From positions 10,416,001-10,480,000 of the forward strand of contig NC_043025.1 in NCBI RefSeq assembly GCF_006345805.1: a stretch of 64,000 nucleotides of DNA, read 5' to 3'. Shown here piece by piece: positions 1 through 13,748 of this stretch. How positions within the stretch are numbered: the first letter of the stretch is position 1; every line of letters begins with the position of its first letter. Source of the stretch: Octopus sinensis. Taxonomy: Eukaryota. The position numbers and the translations under genes are program-made. The notes under the pieces were generated by a model that saw nothing but the letters and a program-made list of their open reading frames with translations, was not told the origin of the DNA and did no database searches.

Positions 1-371
1 TCACCAAAATTAGAAATATTTAATTTCTAAATATCCTAGAGAGATATAAGCGGTGGTGGAACGATAGAGCAGTTGTATATTGTCAACTTAACAACAGATG
101 GACATACACACTCGCGTTGGCCCAAGCGCATTTTCTCGAAATGACTACGGCGAAGCTTCGATTGGCAGGCACAATACACAGCATTAAAAATGTTTCCCTA
201 AGTAACACTTTTCAGATATCCTGCCGTGTCGTGACATCGAACAGTTCCCGGCCGGATCGGCGGAAGATCGAATTTGGTAACGATTTCCTCATTCGTCTCG
301 GCGAGGTTTATGACCCTCGCTATCGCTCGTACGAGTGCATAATAACATAACAGAAAAAAAAACCCTTAAAA

Positions 372-678
372 GTTGTAAGCCCAGTACTTATTCTATCGGT
401 CTCTTTTGCCGAACCGCAAAGTGACGGGGACATAAACACACCAGCATCGGTTGTCAAGCAATGCTAGGGGGACAAACACAGACACACACATATATACATA
501 TATATACATATATACGACGGGCTTCTTTCAGTTTCGTCTACCAAATCAACTCACAAGGATTTGGTCGGCCTGAGCCTATAGTAGAAGACACTTGCCCAAG
601 ATGCCACGCAGTGGGACTGAGCCTGGAACCATGTGGTTGGTGATCAAGCTACTTACCACACAGCCACTCCGGCGCCTA
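372..678 (-). mobile_element. SINE family A, partial copy
   Basis: Same body and head as the full copies at 19845-20255 and 41253-41697. Confidence 0.8.
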
Positions 679-824
679 CTGTAAATTTCGGGCCTTGTGC
701 CTAGAGTAGAAAATAATGTGTGTGTGATTGCGTGTGCGCATGTATCTGTACTGCATGGCTGTGTCAGTGTGTCCGTCCCGTTGATTTGATCAAAGCCTGC
801 TTATCTATGCTATAAGGATGACAT

Positions 825-3800
825 CTCTGTGTATGTGTGTTCGTTCCGTAGACAAAGCATCGACCGCGCTCTGTGTACGTGTGTTCGTTCTGTTTACATA
901 GCATCAACCGCGCTCTGTCTGTGTTCGTGTGTTCGTTCCGTCTACATAGCATCAACCGCGCTCTGTGTATGTGTGTTCGTTCCGTCTACATAGCATCAAC
1001 CGCGCTCTGTCTGTGTACGTGTGTTCGTTCCGTCTACATAGCATCAACCGCGCTCTGTCTGTGTACGTGTGTTCGTTCCGTCTACATAGCATCAACCGCG
1101 CTCTGTCTGTGTTCGTGTGTTCGTTCCGTCTACATAGCATCAACCACGCTCTGTGTATGTGTGTTCGTTCCGTCTACATAGCATCAACCGCGCTCTGTCT
1201 GTGTTCGTGTGTTCGTTCCGTCTACATAGCATCAACCGCGCTCTGTGTATGTGTGTTCGTTCCGTCTACATAGCATCAACCTCGCTCTGTCTGTGTACGT
1301 GTGTTCGTTCCGTCTACATAGCATCAACCTCGCTCTGTCTGTGTACGTGTGTTCGTTCCGTTTACATAGCATCAACCTCGCTCTGTGTATGTGTGTTCGT
1401 TCTGTCTGCATAGCATCAACCTCGCTCTGTGTACTTGTGTTCGTTCCGTCTACATAGCATCAACCTCGCTCTGTCTGTGTACGTGTGTTCGTTCCGTTTA
1501 CATAGCATCAACCTCGCTCTGTGTACGTGTGTTCGTTCCGTTTACATAGCATCAACCTCGCTCTGTGTACGTGTGTTCGTTCCGTTTACATAGCATCAAC
1601 CTCGCTCTGTGTACGTGTGTTCGTTCCGTTTACATAGCATCAACCTCGCTCTGTGTACGTGTGTTCGTTCCGTTTACATAGCATCAACCTCGCTCTGTGT
1701 ACGTGTGTTCGTTCCGTTTACATAGCATCAACCTCGCTCTGTGTACGTGTGTTCGTTCCGTTTACATAGCATCAACCTCGCTCTGTGTACGTGTGTTCGT
1801 TCCGTTACATAGCATCAACCTCGCTCTGTGTACTTGTGTTCGTTCCGTCTACATAGCATCAACCTCGCTCTGTGTACGTGTGTTCGTTCCGTAGACATAG
1901 CATCAACCTCGCTCTGTGTACGTGTGTTCGTTCCGTTTACATAGCATCAACCTCGCTCTGTGTACGTGTGTTCGTTCCGTAGACATAGCATCAACCTCGC
2001 TCTGTGTACGTGTGTTCGTTCCGTCTACATAGCATCAACCTCGCTCTGTGTACGTGTGTTCGTTCCGTCTACATAGCATCAACCTCGCTCTGTGTACGTG
2101 TGTTCGTTCCGTTTACATAGCATCAACCTCGCTCTGTGTACGTGTGTTCGTTCCGTCTACATAGCATCAACCTCGCTCTGTGTACGTGTGTTCGTTCCGT
2201 TTACATAGCATCAACCTCGCTCTGTGTACGTGTGTTCGTTCCGTCTACATAGCATCAACCTCGCTCTGTGTACGTGTGTTCGTTCTGTCTGCATAGCATC
2301 AACCTCGCTCTGTGTACGTGTGTTCGTTCCGTCTACATAGCATCAACCTCGCACTGTGGACGTGTGTTCGTTCCGTTTACATAGCATCAACCTCGCTCTG
2401 TGTACGTGTGTTCGTTCCGTTTACATAGCATCAACCTCGCTCTGTGTACGTGTGTTCGTTCCGTCTACATAGCATCAACCTCGCTCTGTGTACGTGTGTT
2501 CGTTCTGTCTGCATAGCATCAACCTCGCTCTCTGTACGTGTGTTCGTTCCGTCTACATAGCATCAACCTCGCTCTGTGTACGTGTGTTCGTTCCGTCTAC
2601 ATAGCATCAACCTCGCTCTGTGTACGTGTGTTCGTTCCGTTTACATAGCATCAACCTCGCTCTGTGTACGTGTGTTCGTTCCGTTTACATAGCATCAACC
2701 TCGCTCTGTGTACGTGTGTTCGTTCCGTTTACATAGCATCAACATCGCTCTGTGTACGTGTGTTCGTTCCGTTTACATAGCATCAACCTCGCTCTGTGTA
2801 CGTGTGTTCGTTCCGTCTACATAGCATCAACCTCGCTCTGTGTACGTGTGTTCGTTCCGTCTACATAGCATCAACCTCGCTCTGTGTACGTGTGTTCGTT
2901 CCGTTTACATAGCATCAACCTCGCTCTGTGTACGTGTGTTCGTTCCGTTTACATAGCATCAACCTCGCTCTGTGTACGTGTGTTCGTTCCGTTTACATAG
3001 CATCAACCTCGCTCTGTGTACGTGTGTTCGTTCCGTTTACATAGCATCAACCTCGCTCTGTGTACTTGTGTTCGTTCCGTCTACATAGCATCAACCTCGC
3101 TCTGTGTACGTGTGTTCGTTCCGTTTACATAGCATCAACCTCGCTCTGTGTACGTGTGTTCGTTCCGTAGACATAGCATCAACCTCGCTCTGTGTACGTG
3201 TGTTCGTTCCGTTTACATAGCATCAACCTCGCTCTGTGTACGTGTGTTCGTTCCGTAGACATAGCATCAACCTCGCTCTGTGTACGTGTGTTCGTTCCGT
3301 CTACATAGCATCAACCTCGCTCTGTCTGTGTACGTGTGTTCGTTCCGTTTACATAGCATCAACCTCGCTCTCTGTGTACGTGTGTTCGTTCCGTTTACAT
3401 AGCATCAACCTCGCTGTCTGTGTACGTGTGTTCGTTCCGTTTACATAGCATCAACCTCGCTCTGTGTACGTGTGTTCGTTCCGTCTACATAGCATCAACC
3501 TCGCTCTGTGTGTACGTGTGTTCGTTCCGTTTACATAGCATCAACCTCGCTCTGTGTACGTGTGTTCGTTCCGTCTACATAGCATCAACCTCGCTCTGTG
3601 TACGTGTGTTCGTTCCGTTACATAGCATCAACCTCGCTCTGTGTACGTGTGTTCGTTCCGTCTACATAGCATCAACCTCGCTCTCTGTACGTGTGTTCGT
3701 TCCGTTTACATAGCATCAACCTCGCTCTGTGTACGTGTGTTCGTTCCGTCTACATAGCATCAACCTCGCTCTGTGTACGTGTGTTCGTTCCGTCTACATA

Positions 3801-6800
3801 GCATCAACCTCGCTCTGTGTACGTGTGTTCGTTCCGTTTACATAGCATCAACCTCGCTCTGTGTACGTGTGTTCGTTCCGTCTACATAGCATCAACCTCG
3901 CTCTGTCTGTGTACGTGTGTTCGTTCCGTTTACATAGCATCAACCTCGCTCTGTGTACGTGTGTTCGTTCCGTCTACATAGCATCAACCTCGCTCTGTGT
4001 ACGTGTGTTCGTTCCGTTTACATAGCATCAACCTCGCTCTGTGTACGTGTGTTCGTTCCGTCTACATAGCATCAACCTCGCTCTGTGGACGTGTGTTCGT
4101 TCCGTTTACATAGCATCAACCTCGCTCTGTGTACGTGTGTTCGTTCCGTTTACATAGCATCAACCTCGCTCTGTGTACGTGTGTTCGTTCCGTCTACATA
4201 GCATCAACCTCGCTCTGTGTACGTGTGTTCGTTCTGTCTACATAGCATCAACCTCGCTCTGTGTACGTGTGTTCGTTCCGTCTACATAGCATCAACCTCG
4301 CTCTGTGTACGTGTGTTCGTTCCGTCTACATAGCATCAACCTCGCTCTGTGTACGTGTGTTCGTTCCGTTACATAGCATCAACCTCGCTCTGTGTACGTG
4401 TGTTCGTTCCGTCTACATAGCATCAACCTCGCTCTGTGTACGTGTGTTCGTTCCGTTTACATAGCATCAACCTCGCTCTGTGTACGTGTGTTCGTTCCGT
4501 CTACATAGCATCAACCTCGCTCTGTGTACGTGTGTTTCGTTCCGTCTACATAGCATCAACCTCGCTCTGTGTACGTGTGTTCGTTCCGTTACATAGCATC
4601 AACCTCGCTCTGTGTACGTGTGTTCGTTCCGTCTACATAGCATCAACCTCGCTCTGTGTACGTGTGTTCGTTCCGTTTACATAGCATCAACCTCGCTCTG
4701 TGTACGTGTGTTCGTTCCGTCTACATAGCATCAACCTCGCTCTGTGTACGTGTGTTCGTTCCGTTACATAGCATCAACCTCGCTCTGTGTACGTGTGTTC
4801 GTTCCGTCTACATAGCATCAACCTCGCTCTGTGTACGTGTGTTCGTTCCGTTTACATAGCATCAACCTCGCTCTGTGTACGTGTGTTCGTTCCGTTTACA
4901 TAGCATCAACCTCGCTCTGTGTACGTGTGTTCGTTCCGTCTACATAGCATCAACCTCGCTCTGTGTACGTGTGTTCGTTCCGTTTACATAGCATCAACCT
5001 CGCTCTGTGTACGTGTGTTCGTTCCGTCTACATAGCATCAACCTCGCTCTGTGTACGTGTGTTCGTTCCGTCTACATAGCATCAACCTCGCTCTGTGTAC
5101 GTGTGTTCGTTCCGTCTACATAGCATCAACCTCGCTCTGTGTACGTGTGTTCGTTCCGTCTACATAGCATCAACCTCGCTCTGTGTACGTGTGTTCGTTC
5201 CGTTTACATAGCACCAACCTCGCTCTGTGTACGTGTGTTCGTTCCGTCTACATAGCATCAACCTCGCTCTGTGTACGTGTGTTCGTTCCGTCTACATAGC
5301 ATCAACCTCGCTCTGTGTACGTGTGTTCGTTCCGTTACATAGCATCAACCTCGCTCTGTGTACGTGTGTTCGTTCCGTTTACATAGCATCAACCTCGCTC
5401 TGTGTACGTGTGTTCGTTCCGTCTACATAGCATCAACCTCGCTCTGTGTACGTGTGTTCGTTCCGTCTACATAGCATCAACCTCGCTCTGTGTACGTGTG
5501 TTCGTTCCGTTTACATAGCATCAACCTCGCTCTGTGTACGTGTGTTCGTTCCGTCTACATAGCATCAACCTCGCTCTGTGTACGTGTGTTCGTTCCGTTT
5601 ACATAGCATCAACCTCGCTCTGTGTACGTGTGTTCGTTCCGTCTACATAGCATCAACCTCGCTCTGTGTACGTGTGTTCGTTCCGTTTACATAGCATCAA
5701 CCTCGCTCTGTGTACGTGTGTTCGTTCCGTTTACATAGCATCAACCTCGCTCTGTGTACGTGTGTTCGTTCCGTCTACATAGCATCAACCTCGCTCTGTG
5801 TACGTGTGTTCGTTCCGTCTACATAGCATCAACCTCGCTCTGTGTACGTGTGTTCGTTCCGTTTACATAGCATCAACCTCGCTCTGTGTACGTGTGTTCG
5901 TTCCGTTTACATAGCATCAACCTCGCTCTGTGTACGTGTGTTCGTTCCGTTTACATAGCATCAACCTCGCTCTGTGTACGTGTGTTCGTTCCGTTTACAT
6001 AGCATCAACCTCGCTCTGTGTACGTGTGTTCGTTCCGTTTACATAGCATCAACCTCGCTCTGTGTACGTGTGTTCGTTCCGTCTACATAGCATCAACCTC
6101 GCTCTGTGTACGTGTGTTCGTTCCGTTTACATAGCATCAACCTCGCTCTGTGTACGTGTGTTCGTTCCGTTTACATAGCATCAACCTCGCTCTGTGTACG
6201 TGTGTTCGTTCCGTTCTACATAGCATCAACCTCGCTCTGTGTACGTGTGTTCGTTCCGTCTACATAGCATCAACCTCGCTCTGTGTACGTGTGTTCGTTC
6301 CGTCTACATAGCATCAACCTCGCTCTGTGTACGTGTGTTCGTTCCGTCTACATAGCATCAACCTCGCTCTGTGTACGTGTGTTCGTTCCGTTACATAGCA
6401 TCAACCTCGCTCTGTGTACGTGTGTTCGTTCCGTCTACATAGCATCAACCTCGCTCTGTGTACGTGTGTTCGTTCCGTTTACATAGCATCAACCTCGCTC
6501 TGTGTACGTGTGTTCGTTCCGTCTACATAGCATCAACCTCGCTCTGTGTACGTGTGTTCGTTCCGTCTACATAGCATCAACCTCGCTCTGTGTACGTGTG
6601 TTCGTTCCGTTTACATAGCATCAACCTCGCTCTGTGTACGTGTGTTCGTTCCGTCTACATAGCATCAACCTCGCTCTGTGTACGTGTGTTCGTTCCGTCT
6701 ACATAGCATCAACGCTCGCTCTGTGTACGTGTGTTCGTTCCGTTTACATAGCATCAACCTCGCTCTGTGTACGTGTGTTCGTTCCGTCTACATAGCATCA

Positions 6801-9800
6801 ACCTCGCTCTGTGTACGTGTGTTCGTTCCGTTACATAGCATCAACCTCGCTCTGTGTACGTGTGTTCGTTCCGTCTACATAGCATCAACCTCGCTCTGTG
6901 TACGTGTGTTCGTTCCGTTTACATAGCATCAACCTCGCTCTGTGTACGTGTGTTCGTTCCGTTACATAGCATCAACCTCGCTCTGTGTACGTGTGTTCGT
7001 TCCGTCTACATAGCATCAACCTCGCTCTGTGTACGTGTGTTCGTTCCGTCTACATAGCATCAACCTCGCTCTGTGTACGTGTGTTCGTTCCGTCTACATA
7101 GCATCAACCTCGCTCTGTGTACGTGTGTTCGTTCCGTCTACATAGCATCAACCTCGCTCTGTGTACGTGTGTTCGTTCCGTTTACATAGCACCAACCTCG
7201 CTCTGTGTACGTGTGTTCGTTCCGTAGACATAGCATCAACCTCGCTCTGTGTACGTGTGTTCGTTCCGTTTACATAGCATCAACCTCGCTCTGTGTACGT
7301 GTGTTTGTTCCGTCTACATAACATCAACCTCGCTCTGTGTACGTGTGTTCGTTCCGTTTACATAGCATCAACCTCGCTCTGTGTACGTGTGTTCGTTCCG
7401 TTTACATAGCATCAACCTCGCTCTGTGTACGTGTGTTCGTTCCGTCTACATAGCATCAACCTCGCTCTGTGTACGTGTGTTCGTTCCGTTTACATAGCAT
7501 CAACCTCGCTCTGTGTACGTGTGTTCGTTCCGTCTACATAGCATCAACCTCGCTCTGTGTACGTGTGTTCGTTCCGTTTACATAGCATCAACCTCGCTCT
7601 GTGTACGTGTGTTCGTTCCGTCTACATAGCATCAACCTCGCTCTGTGTACGTGTGTTCGTTCCGTCTACATAGCATCAACCTCGCTCTGTGTACGTGTGT
7701 TCGTTCCGTTTACATAGCATCAACCTCGCTCTGTGTACGTGTGTTCGTTCCGTCTACATAGCATCAACCTCGCTCTGTGTACGTGTGTTCGTTCCGTCTA
7801 CATAGCATCAACCTCGCTCTGTGGACGTGTGTTCGTTCCGTTTACATAGCATCAACCTCGCTCTGTGTACGTGTGTTCGTTCCGTTTACATAGCATCAAC
7901 CTCGCTCTGTGTACGTGTGTTCGTTCCGTCTACATAGCATCAACCTCGCTCTGTGTACGTGTGTTCGTTCCGTTTACATAGCATCAACCTCGCTCTGTGT
8001 ACGTGTGTTCGTTCCGTTTACATAGCATCAACCTCGCTCTGTGTACGTGTGTTCGTTCCGTTACATAGCATCAACCTCGCTCTGTGTACGTGTGTTCGTT
8101 CCGTTTACATAGCATCAACCTCGCTCTGTGTACGTGTGTTCGTTCCGTCTACATAGCATCAACCTCGCTCTGTGTACGTGTGTTCGTTCCGTTATATAGC
8201 ATCAACCTCGCTCTGTGTACGTGTGTTCGTTCCGTTTACATAGCATCAACCTCGCTCTGTGTACGTGTGTTCGTTCCGTTTACATAGCATCAACCTCGCT
8301 CTGTGTACGTGTGTTCGTTCCGTTTACATAGCATCAACCTCGCTCTGTGTACGTGTGTTCGTTCCGTCTACATAGCATCAACCTCGCTCTGTGTACGTGT
8401 GTTCGTTCCGTCTACATAGCATCAACCTCGCTCTGTGTACGTGTGTTCGTTCCGTTTACATAGCATCAACCTCGCTCTGTGTACGTGTGTTCGTTCCGTC
8501 TACATAGCATCAACCTCGCACTGTGGACGTGTGTTCGTTCCGTTTACATAGCATCAACCTCGCTCTGTGTACGTGTGTTCGTTCCGTTTACATAGCATCA
8601 ACCTCGCTCTGTGTACGTGTGTTCGTTCCGTCTACATAGCATCAACCTCGCTCTGTGTACGTGTGTTCGTTCTGTCTGCATAGCATCAACCTCGCTCTGT
8701 GTACGTGTGTTCGTTCCGTCTACATAGCATCAACCTCGCTCTGTGTACGTGTGTTCGTTCCGTTTACATAGCATCAACCTCGCTCTGTGTACGTGTGTTC
8801 GTTCCGTCTACATAGCATCAACCTCGCTCTGTGTACGTGTGTTCGTTCCGTCTGCATAGCATCAACCTCGCTCTGTGTACGTGTGTTCGTTCCGTCTACA
8901 TAGCATCAACCTCGCTCTGTGTACGTGTGTTCGTTCCGTCTACATAGCATCAACCTCGCTCTGTGTACGTGTGTTCGTTCCGTTTACATAGCATCAACCT
9001 CGCTCTGTGTACGTGTGTTTGTTCCGTCTACATAACATCAACCTCGCTCTGTGTACGTGTGTTCGTTCCGTTTACATAGCATCAACCTCGCTCTGTGTAC
9101 GTGTGTTCGTTCCGTTTACATAGCATCAACCTCGCTCTGTGTACGTGTGTTCGTTCCGTCTACATAGCATCAACCTCGCTCTGTGTACGTGTGTTCGTTC
9201 CGTTACATAGCATCAACCTCGCTCTGTGTACGTGTGTTCGTTCCGTCTACATAGCATCAACCTCGCTCTGTGTACGTGTGTTCGTTCCGTCTACATAGCA
9301 TCAACCTCGCTCTGTGTACGTGTGTTCGTTCCGTCTACATAGCATCAACCTCGCTGTCTGTGTACGTGTGTTCGTTCCGTCTACATAGCATCAACCTCGC
9401 TCTGTGTACGTGTGTTCGTTCCGTCTACATAGCATCAACCTCGCTCTGTGTACGTGTGTTCGTTCCGTTACATAGCATCAACCTCGCTCTGTGTACGTGT
9501 GTTCGTTCCGTTTACATAGCATCAACCTCGCTCTGTGTACGTGTGTTCGTTCCGTAGACATAGCATCAACCTCGCTCTGTGTACGTGTGTTCGTTCTGTC
9601 TGCATAGCATCAACCTCGCTCTGTGTACGTGTGTTCGTTCTGTCTGCATAGCATCAACCTCGCTCTGTGTACGTGTGTTCGTTCTGTTACATAGCATCAA
9701 CCTCGCTCTGTGTACGTGTGTTCGTTCCGTTACATAGCATCTACCTCGCTCTGTCTGTGTTCGTGTGTTCGTTCCGTTTACATAGCATCAACCTCGCTCT

Positions 9801-9948
9801 GTGTACGTGTGTTCGTTCCGTTTACATAGCATCTACCTCGTTCTGTCTGTGTTCGTGTGTTCGTTCCGTTTACATAGCGTCCACCTTGCTCTGTGTACGT
9901 GTGTTTGTTCCGTTGACATAGCATCTACCACGCTGTCTGCGTTCGTGT
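825..9948. repeat. 44-bp tandem satellite, ~205 copies
   Basis: Unit ctctgtgtacgtgtgttcgttccgt(t/c)tacatagcatcaacctcg; 48-bp variants and divergence at both edges; remnant units at 10119-10170 beyond a (TA)n tract. Confidence 0.98.
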
Positions 9949-10110
<162 letters not shown>

Positions 10111-10324
10111 CACACACACCGCTCTGTCTGTGTTCGTTCCGTCTACATTAGTGTCGACCGCGCTCTGTCTGTGTCACTGTGTTTGATCTACCTTTACTAC
10201 TTCTGGGTAGGCGGCGAGCTGGCTGAAACGTTAGCACGCCGGGCCTGACCGTATTTCGCCTGCGGTTACGTTCTGAGTTCAAATTCAGCCGAGGTCGACT
10301 TTGTCTTTCATGCTTTCCTCCACC

Positions 10325-11076
10325 CTGAACCGTAACCCTAAAACAGATTGAAATGCAATAGATCGATACTAGGGTCATAATTATGGGTGACAATTTCATA
10401 TGACACCGCTAGAAAAAACTGCCGTTCAAACTGAAAAGATCCCGTAACCCTAACCCTAAAACAGATTGAAATGCAATAGATCGATTCTAGGGTCATAATT
10501 ATAGGTGACAATTTCATATGACACCGCTAGAAAAAACTGCCGTTGAAACTGAAAAGATCACGTAACCCTAACCCTAAAACAGATTGAAATGCAATAGATT
10601 GATACTAGGGTCATAATTATGGGTGACAATTTCATATGACACCGCTAGAAAAAACTGCCGTTCAAACTGAAAAGATCCTATGACACCGCTAGAAAAAACT
10701 GCCGTTGAAACTGAAAAGATCACGTAACCCTAACCCTAAAACAGATTGAAATGCAATAGATCGATTCTAGGGTCATAATTATGGGTGATAATTTCATATG
10801 ACACCGCTAGAAAAAACTGCCGTTGAAACTGAAAAGATCCCCTAACCCTAACCCTAAAACAGATTGAAATGCAATAGATCGATACTAGGGTCATAATTAT
10901 GGGTGACAATTTCATATGACACCGCTAGAAAAAACTGCCGTTCAAACTGAAAAGATCCGGTACCCCTAACCCTAAAACAGATTGAAATGCAATAGATTGA
11001 TACTAGGGTCATAATTATGGGTGACAATTTCATATGACACTGCTAGAAAAAACTGCCGTTCAAACCGAAAAGATCC
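10325..11076 (-). repeat. Tandem array (~118-120 bp, ~6 copies) of the left end of the GGATC-TIR transposon, containing TAACCC hexamers
   Basis: Unit taaccctaaccctaaaacagattgaaatgc...aaactgaaaagatcc is the reverse complement of 11134-11250 and of 41763-41880. Confidence 0.88.
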
Positions 11077-11133
11077 GAAATTTTTTCCTTATAATTTAGT
11101 TTTCAATGAAACTTTGTTAGGAACACAGCTTTT

Positions 11134-12046
11134 GGATCTTTTCGGTTTGAACGGCAGGTTTTTCTAGCAGTGTCATATGAAATTGTCACCCATAATTATG
11201 ACCCTAGTATCGATCTATTGCATTTCAATCTGTTTTAGGATTAGGGTTAGGGGTGAGAGGAAGGGTATCTTTTTTTCTTCAGAAATGTAAATAAACCCAA
11301 TCTGTTTCTTAAATGAGGGACATATTCATACGACACAGAATGTTTTTTTTTTACCTCAATGTACGTCATTGATTGGTTGAAATTGCAGAAATTGAAGAAA
11401 AAAAACAATAAATATCTCACAAACTATAGAATTTTCCTCAATAAAGCCAAGAGAAAAAGATGTTTTATAAACACATTCTACCAGTATACGAAGTTTTAAA
11501 GTGTTTAGTTACGTAGAAATTATTTAAAAAACTGCCGGTCAAACCGAAAAGATCCGTGTTTCTTCAACGAGGTACATATTCATACGGCACAGAATGTTTT
11601 TGACCTCAATAGACGTCATTGATTTGTTGAAATTGCAGAAATTGAAGAAAAAAAACCCAACAAATATCTTAGAAACTATAGAATTTTCTCAATAAAGCCA
11701 AGAGAAAAAGATGTTTTATAAACACATTCTACCAGCATACGAATATTAAAAGTATTTAGTTATGTGGAAATTATTTTAAAAAACTGCTGTTCAAACCGAA
11801 AACATCCCTGTTTCTTAAACGAGGGACATATTCATACGGCACAGAATGTTTTCACCTCAATAGACGTCATTGATTGGTTGAAATTGTAGAAAAAAAACAA
11901 CAAATATCTTACAAACTATAGAACTTTCTCAATAAAGCCAAGAGAAAAAGATGTTTTATGAACAGTTTCTGCCAGTATACGAAGTTTAAAAGTGTTTAGC
12001 TATGTGGAAATTACTTTAAAAACTGCCGGTGAAACCGAAAAGATCC
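11134..12046 (+). mobile_element. Non-autonomous DNA transposon (GGATCTTTTCGGTTTGAACGGCAG TIR) with three tandem right-end modules
   Basis: Left TIR at 11134; right-TIR copies end near 11555, 11807 and 12046; homologous to 41763-42420. Confidence 0.8.
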
Positions 12047-12556
12047 AGAATACAAACGAGAAAGTGTACAGCAACTAATAGAGCACTAAACTGTAGTTAC
12101 GCCATAAGATGGGACGCTAAACTTCACAAATACCCTTACAGCACACAACCAAACAGCCAAACAGCTAAAGAGCTGCTATGAAATCAAACCTGTTACGACT
12201 GCACTCATCTTCTTACTCCCACTCCCACACCTCCACTCACCAAGTGTCACTTCAAACAAATCTCGTCTTCTCACGCGTGATTCTCACTTGTTGTTTTCAC
12301 TCAATCAAAACATGGCCGTCTACATCTCCACCGAACGGACCCCAACATAAATATACGACGAATATACGCATGTATACACGCCTTTATCTATGTATATGTG
12401 TGTATATGTACTTATGGATATATGTGTATCTTTTAGAAACAAAATGTCAACAGGTGATCAGAATTTTTCTTCATATTTTCTCCATTTGTTTAAACACGTC
12501 GCCGTTTTTTGATAACGTCTTATATATATATGTATATGTATGTATGTATATATATA

Positions 12557-13748
12557 CTAGCAGTATCGCCCGGCGTTGCTCGGGTTCGTAAGGGAAATAA
12601 CTATATAAGCATTTTTAGAGAGTTATAGCCAAAAATAGCAAAAAAATGCGGTAATCTTTCGTTTTAACTCGAAATAATGTAAACACTGAATCGGCCATAC
12701 ATACACACACATACATACACACACACATACATACGTATACACACATACATACATACATACACACACACATACATACATACACATACACACATACATACAC
12801 ACATACACATACAGACACATACATACACACATACATACACACACACATACATATATACATACACATACATACACACACACATACATACGTATACACACAC
12901 ATACATGCATACACACACACACACATACATACATACACATACATACATACATACATACACACACATACATACACACATACATCATACATACATACACACA
13001 CACATACATATATACATACACATACATACATACATACATACACACACATACATACACACACACATACACACACATACATACACACACACATAGATACATA
13101 CACACACATACATACATATACACATACACCAAGTAAAAAATTTCAGTTATCTCTTTCTTTCACACATTACTCTGTCTCTTTACACACACTAACAGAAGCA
13201 CTTCACTTACACAACATACTGTCTGTCTCCCACACCCCATCAAACACACACACACACATGTACATCAATGCTTCACATGCACGGTAACTTCAAAAGAACT
13301 TCCCCCGTCATACGATCGCTTTCTCTCAGTTTCTTTCGCACTCATTACTTCAAAAGTTACCGCAAGCTCATATGTAAAAAAATAAAAATTTTTTTACGGA
13401 AATCGACGGAAAGGTCTACTAGAAACGAAAGATTGCCAAAAATGCATTAAAAATGGAAAAAAATGATGGTAAATTTTTTTTTAAATCGTTGACTCATTGT
13501 AGACATTTTTAGAGAGTTAATTCCCTCATATAATAGCGAAAAAATGCATTAAAATTGAAAAAAATGATGGTAAATTTCTTTTTAAATCGTAGACTCATCG
13601 TAGACGCGCGCTAATACCCAGAAGGGCTCGATATGAATCACGACTATAAGATACCCGCTTTTGGTTACATTGCACCGCAAAATGTGGGAGTAGTTAGGAA
13701 TCTAAATCGTAGGAGACAGTCACACAACTTGACTTTTATATATAAAGA
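12557..13748 (-). mobile_element. Non-autonomous Helitron, long form with internal (CA/TA)n
   Basis: 5' TC (13748-13747) after A; 3' hairpin cccgagcaacgccggg then CTAG (12557-12560) before T; ends shared with 44520, 51945 and 58867. Confidence 0.85.

Noticed and set aside
825-9948. CRISPR-like array
   Set aside because: The units are contiguous with no unique spacers, there are no cas genes and the context is eukaryotic; it is a tandem satellite.
10325-11260. Telomere or interstitial telomeric array (TAACCC/TTAGGG)
   Set aside because: Only two hexamers per ~120-bp unit, and they are internal to a transposon end also seen at 41860-41885.
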